From Spirochaetia bacterium (GTDB lineage: Bacteria; Spirochaetota; Spirochaetia; SZUA-6; Bin103): a stretch of 64,000 nucleotides of DNA. Shown here in pieces: positions 50,354-60,185 of this stretch (position 1 is its first letter; the number at the start of each line of letters is the position of its first letter). The notes under the pieces were generated by a model. It saw only the letters and a list, made by a program, of their open reading frames with translations, had not been told where the DNA came from and did no database searches. The stretch lies in contig CBDAOI010000004.1 of assembly GCA_965198005.1 (NCBI GenBank), forward strand, positions 1,760,001-1,824,000, in the 5' to 3' direction. The position numbers and the translations under genes are program-made.

Positions 50354-50653
50354 GTGATGGGCGCGAACGGCCGGGTGGGCGGGAATCTTCAGGCGTGGTG
50401 GGACGATATCTGCACGCAGTGCGGGGCGTGTTGCTACCAGCGCGACCGGGTGGCCGGCGAGTTGGCCGTGAACAAGCAGGCGCCGTGCCGGTTTCTGGAT
50501 ACCGACTCCAATCTGTGCACGGTGTACGCCTCGCGCTTCGAGAAGTGCGCCGAGTGCCGGCAGGTGACGCCGTTCCACGCGCTGTTCTCCCGCTATCTGC
50601 CGGACGACTGCGGCTACGTCGAGAAGTTCCGCTTCTGGCGCAAGGCGAACTGA
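50354..50653 (+). CDS. YkgJ-like cysteine-cluster protein (copy 2)
   Basis: Protein identical to 43657-43956. Confidence 0.75.
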   Translation: MMGANGRVGGNLQAWWDDICTQCGACCYQRDRVAGELAVNKQAPCRFLDTDSNLCTVYASRFEKCAECRQVTPFHALFSRYLPDDCGYVEKFRFWRKAN

Positions 50654-50850
50654 ACGAACTGAGCGAACTGAGCGGCGGCGCGGCGCGCCCGGTGGCGATC
50701 ACCACGTACGTGGCGCGGATGCTGACCGACGGCACGGCGGCGGTGCTGGAGTCGCGGGCGCCGCGTGGCCGGCGGGAAGCGGCTTCGAACTGACCTTCGA
50801 GCAGTGCGAGCCCGGCTTCCGGAGCGCCGTCGCAGCCATCCTGAACGGGA

Positions 50851-51252
50851 TCACGGACTGACGGCCGGCAGGTCTCGGAAGTAGGTTCGGTAGAACCCGC
50901 GATCGCGGGTCGCGAGTCGGCTCGCCTGCACCTGGGCATGGGCACCGATCACGAAGTCGGCGATGATCCGCTCACGTTCCCCACCAGCCGATCGGTACGC
51001 GCGCCACAAGCGTCCCGCGAGAAACAGTGCAGCGGTGTTGGAGGACTCACAGCGAATCTGTGAATCGCGCAGAAAAGAATCCAACTCGTCGGTCGTCGTA
51101 AAGTTCGCGGCCAGCTCTGCGTAGACCAAGTCGCAGATGACCAATCGCCCCTCCATCGAGCTGGCCTCGATCAAACCGGCCGACTGTTCAACGAATTCAG
51201 GATTGGGGCGAAGAATATCGAGCAGGATACTGGTATCGACTGCGGTCGTCAT
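50851..51252 (-). CDS. vapC: VapC PIN-domain toxin
   Basis: VDTSILLD, V.AEL, IADFVIGAHA, LATRDRG.YR.YF. Confidence 0.88.
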   Translation of the reverse strand: MTTAVDTSILLDILRPNPEFVEQSAGLIEASSMEGRLVICDLVYAELAANFTTTDELDSFLRDSQIRCESSNTAALFLAGRLWRAYRSAGGERERIIADFVIGAHAQVQASRLATRDRGFYRTYFRDLPAVSP

Positions 51253-51473
51253 CGTCCTCGAACATCTTCGATGAATTCGTCCACCGACTCGCTCATGCTG
51301 CTGAGGTGTCCGATCCACTTGCGCAGGCGGGATTCGGCCGCCGGGGTCTGTTTCTTACGCAGGATCAACTCTCCCCTCGATTCGAGGAACACGACTTCGT
51401 CATGAGGCTCCAGAGCGAACCTCACCCTCAACTGCTTGGGAATCGTCACCTGGCCTCGCTCACCCAACCGCAT
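51249..51473 (-). CDS. AbrB/MazE-family antitoxin
   Basis: MRLGERGQVTIPKQLR..F.L.P.DEV.F. Confidence 0.85.
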   Translation of the reverse strand: MRLGERGQVTIPKQLRVRFALEPHDEVVFLESRGELILRKKQTPAAESRLRKWIGHLSSMSESVDEFIEDVRGR

Positions 51474-51527
51474 GGACGGAATATGAATACGTAGATAGGA
51501 TATGTCAATCGCAGGGAGGTTGACGAG

Positions 51528-52436
51528 GTGATGACCGGGAGTGGCGGGGCAGGGGGCGTGGCGGGGCTGCGGCTGGGGGAGCTGGAGCTGTGGATGGTGG
51601 AGGACGTGCGCTGGCGGCTGGACGGCGGGATGATGTTCGGGACGGTGCCGCGTGTGATCTGGGAGCGGACGGCGCCGCCGGATGCGCGCAACCGGGTGGC
51701 GATGGCGCTGCGCAACCTGCTGATTCGCGGCCGCGACCGGGCCGGCCGGCCGGCGGTGGTGCTGGTGGACGCGGGGCTGGGCGAGATGGCGGCGGGCGCG
51801 CGGTTTCGCGAGCTGTACGGGGTGACCGATCCGGCCGGGCGGCTGCTGGCGGAGCTGGCGGCGGCGGGGGTGGCGGCGGGCGACGTCACGCACGTGGTCT
51901 ACACTCACCTGCACTTCGACCACGTCGCGGGCGGGGTCACCAGCGGCGGCGGCGGTGACGGCGGCGGGCCGCGGCCGGTGTTTCCGCGGGCGCGCTACCT
52001 GGTGCACCGGGGCGAGCTGGCCTACGCCATGCAGCCGGATCGGCGCAGCCGGGCCAGCTACCTGCCGGAGACCTGGCAGCCGCTGCTGGAGGCGGGGCGG
52101 CTGGACACGGTGACGGGGGAGCACGAGGTGATCCCCGGCGTGACGCTGCGCGACGCGCCGGGCCATACCGACCACCTGCAGGTGGTGACCGTGGCCGGGG
52201 GTGGGCGCACCGTCCTGTTCACCGCCGACCTGTTTCCGTTCGCCAGCCACCTCAAGTCCCACTACGTGCCGGCGCTCGACATCGATCCGCGCCGCACGAT
52301 GGAGTCGCGCCGCCGCTACCTGGAACTGATCGCACGCGACGGCTGGCTGCTGCTGTTCCAGCACGACCCCACGTACGGACTGGTGCGCGTAGAACCGGAC
52401 CTGACCGTCACGCCGATGTCCGGCCTCTCGGGATAA
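51528..52436 (+). CDS. MBL-fold metallo-hydrolase
   Basis: LDGG.MFG.VP, THLHFDH..G, PGHT, ADL, F.HDP. Confidence 0.9.
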   Translation: MMTGSGGAGGVAGLRLGELELWMVEDVRWRLDGGMMFGTVPRVIWERTAPPDARNRVAMALRNLLIRGRDRAGRPAVVLVDAGLGEMAAGARFRELYGVTDPAGRLLAELAAAGVAAGDVTHVVYTHLHFDHVAGGVTSGGGGDGGGPRPVFPRARYLVHRGELAYAMQPDRRSRASYLPETWQPLLEAGRLDTVTGEHEVIPGVTLRDAPGHTDHLQVVTVAGGGRTVLFTADLFPFASHLKSHYVPALDIDPRRTMESRRRYLELIARDGWLLLFQHDPTYGLVRVEPDLTVTPMSGLSG

Positions 52437-52596
52437 CCCGATGCCATACCCCGCGGCTCGCGTACGCCCATGGCCATCGGATCTCCGTCTTGGCCGCACA
52501 TCCCCGATGAGCATCGGCGTCTATTGCCTGGATTGGTGAGCCGCGAAAGCTCGGCGTGAAAGTACTTCGTGAATGCAACCTTGAGGTGACTGAGTT

Positions 52597-52940
52597 ATGA
52601 AATCGCTTGTCGGTGGTCATGTCTTTCTTTCGGCTAGCTTTCCGTCTGGCGAGAGAGGCGAGAAATTCCAACCTTTCGATGCGGCGGCAGTAGCGGACGC
52701 CGTTAGCGCTATCGTTCGTGCGGTGTTGGTGAGCGAAGGAAAGCTCCTCTTTGGCGGTCACCCGACCATCACCCCGCTTGTTCTGATGATCGGAGCTGAA
52801 CTTCGTGTTAGGCGAGCTGTAGATGTCTTTCAGTCGGAGTGGTTCAGAGACGAGGTTACTCCGGAGACATGGAGTATCCAAGGATCCGATGTTGGAAGCA
52901 TTCATTGGACTCCAAGACTCAGCTCCCGCGACGACAGGAT
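52597..52940 (+). pseudogene. SLOG-family protein, C-terminally truncated
   Basis: VFLSASFP, LLFGGHPTITPLV, FQS.WF; ORF then runs antisense into the ATPase gene. Confidence 0.65.
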
Positions 52941-52968
52941 TTCGGGAGGCGTGTGGGCGTCCCAATGG

Positions 52969-54489
52969 TTACGCCGACCTGCGTGCAATCGTTGGGCGTC
53001 TGCTGACACCTCCCTTGCGGCGCAGATTGAGACCGGAGAGGTACAGGTCAGGCACGTCTACGCGATTGTCCGCACGTCGCCGGAAAATGCCGAGCTCGAT
53101 CAAGTAGTCGAGCAAATCGGCCGCTCGGTCGGCGGGCGGACGTAGCCCACCGGCACGCTCCGGGCCCCAGCTCCCGTCCCAGTCTGTTCCAAGCAGCCTC
53201 GTGATCTTGGCCCGGGCCCACGGCACAAGCTGATCTTCCTGCAGCCTGATACGGACTCCCTCCAGCCACGGCCACTCACTTGAAGTACCCTGTGTGACAT
53301 GATTGTCGGAAACATCGTCGAGTGCCTGCCGGAGAGCCGTGGGATGAATCAGCCGGGGCGGACGCAACGATTGATTCGCCGCGTCTTTCCCGGCGGCTTG
53401 TTCAAGCAGCCGAACCAGCGATCGCGGACTCACTTGTCCGTTTCCATCCCGCAGATGAGCAAGTACCCAGTTGCGCACAAAGCCCTTCTTTCGTTCGGCC
53501 CCCATGAATTCGCCGGCAAGTCGCTCCAGCAGGGACCACGCGTCGCGGGGCTCCTTGATTCGTGGGATCATTCCCAGAATGGCGTCCTCGTCGAACCGGA
53601 GTCGAGACCTCCGACAATACGCGGCGAGATCCTCAGAAGTGTTGGCGATACGCTTCACCAACATGGCCAGCAGCGCCGCGTCGGACCACGTGAGCTCGGC
53701 TCGGTTGGCCGCGAGTTTGGCGAAGTCGGCCGTACCCATGCCGGCGTGCCACCTGAACAGGTCTGAACGGAGGAAGATCTTGGCCCGTATCCGTTCCCAA
53801 CGCCGGCTGTAGTCAGACCAGAAGCCGATCAGACCTCGCACCATGCGAGCCATCAGGTCCCAATCGAAACCGCCCAGCGTATCAAGCTCGTCGTAGCCAA
53901 CGAAAACCCATCGATTCTTTCGTTTGAGTTTTCCCTCCAGCTCGTCGAGTGCTCCTGTTGGACTCACCTCCAGCGTTTCGTATGCGTGAAGGATGTCTCC
54001 GACTTCTACTGCCATCGGCGCCATTAGCGGAGTGAGCTTCTGTCGCTGATCCTCGGTAAGAAATTTTCCCAGCGACCGAACGAGCATCGCGTGCCAGATT
54101 TTCTTGGCATCCTCTTCCGAGCGCACCCATTTATTGAGTGCCTGGCTGTCGGGAAAATCCGTGTGGGCCGGATATGCGGCCTTCCATTCCGATGAGTCGG
54201 AAAGAGCTTGTAGAGTCGAGGGGCCGGGCGCCCAGCGCCTGATCGAATCAGCCAGATCGCGGTTTTCCGAGAAGAATGCCTTGAACAAAGCGCTCTTCCC
54301 GGAACCTCGGGGGCCAACGACTAGAACGACCTTCGTATCGAGAGCACGGAGATGCTCTGATACCGGATAGAGGCGTAATGCGAACAGCTCGTCAGTCTCC
54401 GTTTCCGCTTGCCCGTAGCCGAGATCGGTGAGCTGGGCACGTAGTGCCATGCAGTCCTGCTTGGTCAATCCCGGCGACCGATTGCTCAT
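52969..54489 (-). CDS. P-loop ATPase (Sll1717-like)
   Basis: VVGPRGSGKSALF, VFVGYDELD, KIFLRSD, L.W, PR, L..LG, VPDLY. Confidence 0.8.
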   Translation of the reverse strand: MSNRSPGLTKQDCMALRAQLTDLGYGQAETETDELFALRLYPVSEHLRALDTKVVLVVGPRGSGKSALFKAFFSENRDLADSIRRWAPGPSTLQALSDSSEWKAAYPAHTDFPDSQALNKWVRSEEDAKKIWHAMLVRSLGKFLTEDQRQKLTPLMAPMAVEVGDILHAYETLEVSPTGALDELEGKLKRKNRWVFVGYDELDTLGGFDWDLMARMVRGLIGFWSDYSRRWERIRAKIFLRSDLFRWHAGMGTADFAKLAANRAELTWSDAALLAMLVKRIANTSEDLAAYCRRSRLRFDEDAILGMIPRIKEPRDAWSLLERLAGEFMGAERKKGFVRNWVLAHLRDGNGQVSPRSLVRLLEQAAGKDAANQSLRPPRLIHPTALRQALDDVSDNHVTQGTSSEWPWLEGVRIRLQEDQLVPWARAKITRLLGTDWDGSWGPERAGGLRPPADRAADLLDYLIELGIFRRRADNRVDVPDLYLSGLNLRRKGGVSRRPTIARRSA

Positions 54490-55790
54490 CTGGCGCTGCT
54501 CCACAACCGCTCGGCAAGGTCGCGGTACGGGCCTTCACGAAGGAGAATTGGCTCGGCTACTTCACTCAGGTCGCGAAACGTTGCCAAGCGTTCTTCATAC
54601 GGCAGCACCACGGGCACGTGTGGCGCATCATCGCTCTCAAGGTCGCTGAGCGTCCATAGTTCATCCGCCGCCTCATCCGGCTCAGCGTAGTAGTGGGCGC
54701 TGAATGCATCGCGAGCGCGCTCGGTGAACTGGGATACGAGTCCCTGAAATAGGGCTTCATCGGAGCGCGGTACCATGGACGCTGCCAACAGACATTCTGC
54801 CTGTGGCTTGCCTTCCCGGACACGGTCTCCTCCAAGTCGCTTGAGGACGAGCTCCAGCCCCCGCCAACTCGCTTCGGCAAGTGTGCCCAGGAGTACGTGG
54901 ACGTGACATAGACCTCCAGTCAGAAATCCGGACACCTCCCCCAGTCCGGCACGGGCGTCAATCAGAATCCAGCGTGGTGCAAGTTCTCGTCGAATCTGCT
55001 GCAACAGCTCGACAAACGGGTGCGGCGTACCGGCCGACGGTCTCCCATAGTCGATGCGGGCCAGCTTGTCCACATATGCGTCGTCGAATACTCCTGAGGG
55101 GTACACGGAGATCTCTTCCGCGTCGGCGGCGGCATCACGGGCTACATAACGGTGGTGGTAGTCATCGGTCGGCAGCTCGGTCTCCTTCAGAACACGCTGT
55201 TCCAGAAGGTAGTCCACGATACCCCACTGTGCGGTGGAACCGTCATGTCCGGCAAGCAGGTAGCCGACTCCAGGCGCATCCAGATCGGCATCGAGAACAG
55301 CTACCCGATCGCCGCCTTTGGCGAGATGCAACGCGGTGGCGGCGAGCGCAGTTGATCGGCCAACACCACCCTTGAACGAATAGAACAACACGATGGCGGG
55401 TGCGTTCCTTGCACGCATCGTCCATGGCGGATCGGGTGGCGCGTCGAACCAACCGGACTTCGTCAGGTGCTTTTCCAGAATCCGGAGCTTGTCAGTTCCT
55501 TCGTGACGCTTGGCCTGCCGCCAGGAATCCTCTTGCCACGCGCCGTCAGGATGGCCTCTACGTTGTCCTGGAAGGACGCTCTTCGACCAATAATCCGCGC
55601 AGACCTCTCTGAGCTTGTGATCGATTTCGTTGCGACTTGATTCCCATTCACTTTTGGCACACCAAAGAATGACACGGAGCATGGACAGCACATCCTTGAC
55701 GACAAGGATACGCCAGTTTGCAGGCTTGCTTTCGATCCACTCGATTAGAAACTCTTCAGCGAATTTGTACGCCTCGTTCAGGTGTTGCAT
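54486..55790 (-). CDS. KGGVGR-motif ParA/MinD-like ATPase with N-terminal extension
   Basis: FYSFKGGVGRST, D.DLDAPG, G.VDYL, ILIDARAG. Confidence 0.85.
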   Translation of the reverse strand: MQHLNEAYKFAEEFLIEWIESKPANWRILVVKDVLSMLRVILWCAKSEWESSRNEIDHKLREVCADYWSKSVLPGQRRGHPDGAWQEDSWRQAKRHEGTDKLRILEKHLTKSGWFDAPPDPPWTMRARNAPAIVLFYSFKGGVGRSTALAATALHLAKGGDRVAVLDADLDAPGVGYLLAGHDGSTAQWGIVDYLLEQRVLKETELPTDDYHHRYVARDAAADAEEISVYPSGVFDDAYVDKLARIDYGRPSAGTPHPFVELLQQIRRELAPRWILIDARAGLGEVSGFLTGGLCHVHVLLGTLAEASWRGLELVLKRLGGDRVREGKPQAECLLAASMVPRSDEALFQGLVSQFTERARDAFSAHYYAEPDEAADELWTLSDLESDDAPHVPVVLPYEERLATFRDLSEVAEPILLREGPYRDLAERLWSSAR

Positions 55791-56185
55791 CAGATCAGGC
55801 CTGCGCGAGTGAGGCCGCCGACAACCTTCTTGTAGACGTCGTCCGCCTCTGCGAGCCAATCCTGGGCGACGGATGCTGCAACGTACGGTCTCCGATAGCG
55901 CATTCGCGGTCTCCACGTCAGTATCTGCTTCATGGCTTGCGAAACAGCGATATATAGGGTGCCCGTACGAGACCCCGATAGCACTGCGAGCGTCTGTACT
56001 TGTAACTGTAGACTGCTCAAATCGTGAATATGTGGAACCTTCTTGTTCTCAACATCAATCATCGTCTTCAGCGCGCACTCGACTACGTATCCCGCGAGAT
56101 ATGCGGCACCATCGTAGCGATTGCTCTTCAACAGAGCCTGTGCATCTTCAAGATGCTTCAGAGCTGCCTTTGGGAAGTCGTCCAT
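55790..56185 (-). CDS. HEPN-domain protein
   Basis: H..DA..L....R.DGA.YL.GY.VECALK, H.HDL, W...MRY. Confidence 0.75.
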   Translation of the reverse strand: MDDFPKAALKHLEDAQALLKSNRYDGAAYLAGYVVECALKTMIDVENKKVPHIHDLSSLQLQVQTLAVLSGSRTGTLYIAVSQAMKQILTWRPRMRYRRPYVAASVAQDWLAEADDVYKKVVGGLTRAGLI

Positions 56186-56258
56186 AGTACAGGTCGCATA
56201 TTAGAAGCATGAGGAAGCGTGTATCATGTGTCAACCTGTGGGGGACGAGGTCGATGAG

Positions 56259-57153
56259 GTGATGACCGGGGGCGATGGGGCAGGGCGCGCGGCGGCGCTG
56301 CGGCTGGGGGAGCTGGAGCTGTGGATGGTGGAGGACGTGCGCTGGCGGCTTGACGGCGGGATGATGTTCGGGACGGTGCCGCGCGTGATCTGGAAGCGGA
56401 CGGCGCCGCCGGACGCGCGCAACCGGGTGGCGATGGCGCTGCGCAATCTGCTGATTCGCGGCCGCGACCGGGAGGGCCGGCCGGCGGTGGTGCTGGTGGA
56501 CGCCGGACTGGGCGAGATGGCGGCGGGCGCGCGGTTTCGCGAGCTGTACGGGGTGACCGATCCGGCCGGGCGGCTGCTGGCGGAGCTGGCGGCGGCGGGG
56601 GTGGCGCCGGGCGACGTGACGCACGTGGTGTACACCCACCTGCACTTCGACCACGTGGCGGGCGGGGTCACAAGCGGCGACGGCGGCGGCGGACCGCGGC
56701 CGGCGTTTCCGAGGGCGCGCTACTTGGTGCACCGGGGCGAGCTGGCCTATGCCACGCGGCCCGACCGGCGCAGCCGCGCCAAGCTATCTGTCGGAGACCT
56801 GGCAGCCGCTGCTGGAAGCGGGGCGGCTCGACCCGGTGGACGGGGAGCACGAGGTGATCCCCGGCGTGACGCTGCGCGACGCGCCGGGCCATACCGACCA
56901 CCTTCAGGTAGTGACCGTGACCGGGGGCGGGCGCACCGTCCTGTTCACGGCCGACCTGTTTCCCTTCGCCAGCCACCTCAAGCCGCACTACGTACCGGCG
57001 CTCGACATCGACCCGCGCCGCACGATGGAGTCGCGCCGCCGCTACCTGGAACGGATCACGGGCGACGGCTGGCTGCTGCTGTTCCAGCATGATCCCACGT
57101 ACGCCCTGGTCCGGGTGGAACCGGACCTGACGGTGACGCCGGTGGCGGAGTAG
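56259..57153 (+). pseudogene. Second, diverged MBL hydrolase copy with +1 frameshift near 56781
   Basis: GCCAAGCTAT versus GCCAGCTAC in the intact copy; halves fall in two ORFs. Confidence 0.85.
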
Positions 57154-57255
57154 CGGCTGAGGTTTGATCAGGTGGACGCCGAACCGTAGAGATGGGTCAA
57201 TGATGGAGAATAGCACGGCGCGCCGTAGATGGTCCGCTATCCGGGAGATCGCCCC

Positions 57256-57924
57256 TTATGCGGGGACCACTACATGTATTATATCGCGTTCACGCGGACG
57301 GATCGTGTCCGCAAACGTATCGCCGGTGGATGGCAGGTTCTCAGCATAACGCACGAACGCTGTGTGATAGAAGTTTCTGAGAATGAAATCGACAAACCGG
57401 AACGGAGTAAGGGGAGCCGTTACAGGAATGCGACAGTTACGGTATTGACCGAGAGTCAAGTGACAGGCGGGATGGTCATGGGCAGCATTGTCGTCAACTC
57501 GTATATCGTAATCGAATCGCACTGGAAACGGGACAATATTCCTGGCAACAACATCCGCATAGAGATCGTCCGACAGGTAGATATCGGGATTATTCTGAAA
57601 CTCGTCGAGATGGGGAGCGGGGAAAAAAGACAGGCGATGACGGCGAACAATTTCAGAATCAAACGCGTACATCATTTGAATCAGTGCGCCGTCGAGCATT
57701 TTGACGTTGTACGCTCGTGCAGTCGATAGTTGTTCGTAGATATCGGAATAACTGACATTCCTGAGCGCAATATTGACGTGGTGAGAGTTTGCAAAGGATA
57801 TGTGCTTGGTATGCGCGCCTGCCGATTTAAGTACTGCGTAGTGTTGCTCGTCCGCTAGTCCTTTTTCCACGAGGTATGAAATGAGTGAATTGATCTGACT
57901 GTAAGTGTCAGTAGCAGTGGGCAT
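57256..57924 (-). CDS. DUF2290 domain protein
   Basis: DGALIQ..Y, HRL.FFP.P, RFDYD, HP.CHLTLGQ..NCRIPV..PL.P..F..FI. Confidence 0.8.
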   Translation of the reverse strand: MPTATDTYSQINSLISYLVEKGLADEQHYAVLKSAGAHTKHISFANSHHVNIALRNVSYSDIYEQLSTARAYNVKMLDGALIQMMYAFDSEIVRRHRLSFFPAPHLDEFQNNPDIYLSDDLYADVVARNIVPFPVRFDYDIRVDDNAAHDHPACHLTLGQYRNCRIPVTAPLTPFRFVDFILRNFYHTAFVRYAENLPSTGDTFADTIRPRERDIIHVVVPA

Positions 57925-57929
57925 TGGTA

Positions 57930-60089
57930 CTAACCAGGCTGCTCGAGATGTTGTTTCAGTCTCTCGACGAGATCCTTATCCAGATCGCGCAGGCTCATTT
58001 TGCCGGATTCAAGGTCGGTAATCAAGTCAGACAGAAACTCATCTCTAAGCTGGAGTTGTTGTAGTTTCTGGTGAGACATGTCTCGGTGGACGATTCGCAG
58101 CTGCTCTCGTTGTTCTTCTGTAGGATATTTGAATCGAAGCTCAAAATTGCAATATTTCAGTGTTTCGTACTCCTCAATAAGTGCGCTCATATTGCTCCCA
58201 ATACCGAGTACGCGAATCCATGCCTTACTCCTCGTTATGGCCGTGAATAGACGATTCCTGAGTGTTGCGAGATTGTACGCGGAGGCGTGACAGTCCTGGG
58301 CGTTGATGATATAGACCATCCCAGCTTCGTTGCCTTTCGCACGATGAATTCCGGTGAAGGTGACTGAGTCGTTCTCGCTCTTGTTGAAGTCATCAGGATC
58401 AGTGTCCACGCCTGCGACGTGACATTCTATCCCTTCTTCCAGCAGACGCCGGCGAATGGGCCCAACCTGGTTGCGAGTGGACCGGGGATCGGGGTTTATG
58501 ACGATAATGTCATCGTGTCGGAGTTCTTCTTTTGTGAGGTTTTCTTTGATTTGTTGCACCAACCAATCGGCCTGTTCCCGGTGACTCTCGAAGATCTTGA
58601 ATTGTATCAGATCTTGCATCGGGGAATGGGTCTCCAAGAAGTGTGGACTCGTAGTCTCCGATCGAACGAGAGCTACGTCTGAGCCCGGCTGAAGTTGTCC
58701 GGAACGGCGACGATACCCGATCTCCTCCCAGAGTCGCGGATGGTCAAACATCTGCACGAGTCCGTTGCTCTCTCGTGCTGACGGCTTTCGATAGATCCCA
58801 AAACCGAGTGCGTGGGCAGTGACCAAAACGGGGCGGGAGTTTCGGTAGCACTTCTCCAGAATAATGTCCTTCCTCATCGTGCCGTCAGACTGAGAATCAA
58901 GGCGAACCCGAGGAGAACCATCCGGGTTCTTGCCAAAAACAATCTCGGGGGCTGGAAGCGAGGACTCGGTGAGACTCTGAAGCTCATCGTACGCATAGAT
59001 CAACCGTTTCGGGTCGTTAAGAGATTCATAGCAAAGCTGGAGAAATGCAGGAGAAAAATCCTGTGCTTCATCGACAAGGATTACATCATAGATTCGCTGT
59101 GGTTTACCCGCTTGGCTGACAGCATGCTTACATGCACTAGCAAATGGATTGTCTGACCCAAACTCTGACCGTGCGCCACGGAAATCGAAATAATCAACCT
59201 CGTTGGCTGTACAGAATGCGTAATAGATGCCATCTCGGTCCGATCTTCCTGGAGCACCCCATGCATTCACAATCCGGAGGGCTTCCCAGTCCGGTTCCTC
59301 CCCGGTCTGCTCCAGACAGAAGATGGTGATGAGCCGCCGGAAGAATCCCTTTAGAGAACGTGTGTTGAAGGTTACCGCAATGCGCCAATCAGAATGCTGA
59401 ACGTGGAGATAAGCAGCCTTCAGAGCAAGAACGATGGTCTTGCCAGAACCGGCGAGGCCTCTAATTCGTTGCACCCCCTCAACGGTCTCGATAACCGCCT
59501 TGTTCTGTATTGAGTCGAGGGTTGCGATGGAATCTTCAAGGCGCTTGAGCCTTGCACCGCGCGAGTTGTCGTGCTGGACGGTGCGACGGACGCGGCTCTT
59601 GCGTATCGTTGACGTACTTTCAATTACGGAGAGAGCGGCTCGGTAGACACTCGCGGTCACTGGTGTCTTGCACTGCGGTAGTCGGTCGAGCAGGTTATCT
59701 CCGTTCGTAAGCGGATAGGTGTCGGTACTGGTGCCATTGGGGCAGTTCACCGCAGGCGCGAAGGAGACTGGGTGGATTTGAATGCGAAGTGATCTCCGAT
59801 CTACGAGCTCCGAGTGCTTCCTGAGGCGTGCTTCAAGTTGGTTGTACGACTCGTCCTGGCGTGCCTGGTAATCTCCCGGTTCGGTACCTTCAATTAGATC
59901 AAAGAGGACGATACCGGTGTCCTCTGAAATGAGTAGGGCGTCGATGGGATAGGAACCGGTCGGCGTAACCATGATGGGATAGCCAATGAACAGTTCACCA
60001 GTCAAGTTGGGGTGCCTCGCTAGGCACTGTTCGAGGGCTGCGCTGGACGCAGGTTTGTTGGTCGTGCCGCGAACGATATCGATAGCCAC
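57930..60089 (-). CDS. Superfamily I helicase (helicase-DUF2290 anti-phage type)
   Basis: QRIRGLAGSGKT, DEAQD, YDELQ, CYRN, IHRAKGNE, RN.LFTAITR. Confidence 0.88.
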   Translation of the reverse strand: MAIDIVRGTTNKPASSAALEQCLARHPNLTGELFIGYPIMVTPTGSYPIDALLISEDTGIVLFDLIEGTEPGDYQARQDESYNQLEARLRKHSELVDRRSLRIQIHPVSFAPAVNCPNGTSTDTYPLTNGDNLLDRLPQCKTPVTASVYRAALSVIESTSTIRKSRVRRTVQHDNSRGARLKRLEDSIATLDSIQNKAVIETVEGVQRIRGLAGSGKTIVLALKAAYLHVQHSDWRIAVTFNTRSLKGFFRRLITIFCLEQTGEEPDWEALRIVNAWGAPGRSDRDGIYYAFCTANEVDYFDFRGARSEFGSDNPFASACKHAVSQAGKPQRIYDVILVDEAQDFSPAFLQLCYESLNDPKRLIYAYDELQSLTESSLPAPEIVFGKNPDGSPRVRLDSQSDGTMRKDIILEKCYRNSRPVLVTAHALGFGIYRKPSARESNGLVQMFDHPRLWEEIGYRRRSGQLQPGSDVALVRSETTSPHFLETHSPMQDLIQFKIFESHREQADWLVQQIKENLTKEELRHDDIIVINPDPRSTRNQVGPIRRRLLEEGIECHVAGVDTDPDDFNKSENDSVTFTGIHRAKGNEAGMVYIINAQDCHASAYNLATLRNRLFTAITRSKAWIRVLGIGSNMSALIEEYETLKYCNFELRFKYPTEEQREQLRIVHRDMSHQKLQQLQLRDEFLSDLITDLESGKMSLRDLDKDLVERLKQHLEQPG

Positions 60090-60185
60090 GTCAACCTCTC
60101 ACGAAGCAGCATACCATGGACTGGGGCCGCTATGCGCGTATGGAAACGGTCGCGCCCTTGTGTGTTGAGTGAATGACGGCGGAAG

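Larger units (their letters stand above)
50191..51550 (+). repeat. Copy 2 of host block (pilZ deleted, vapBC intact)
   Basis: Direct comparison with 43513-44660. Confidence 0.92.
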
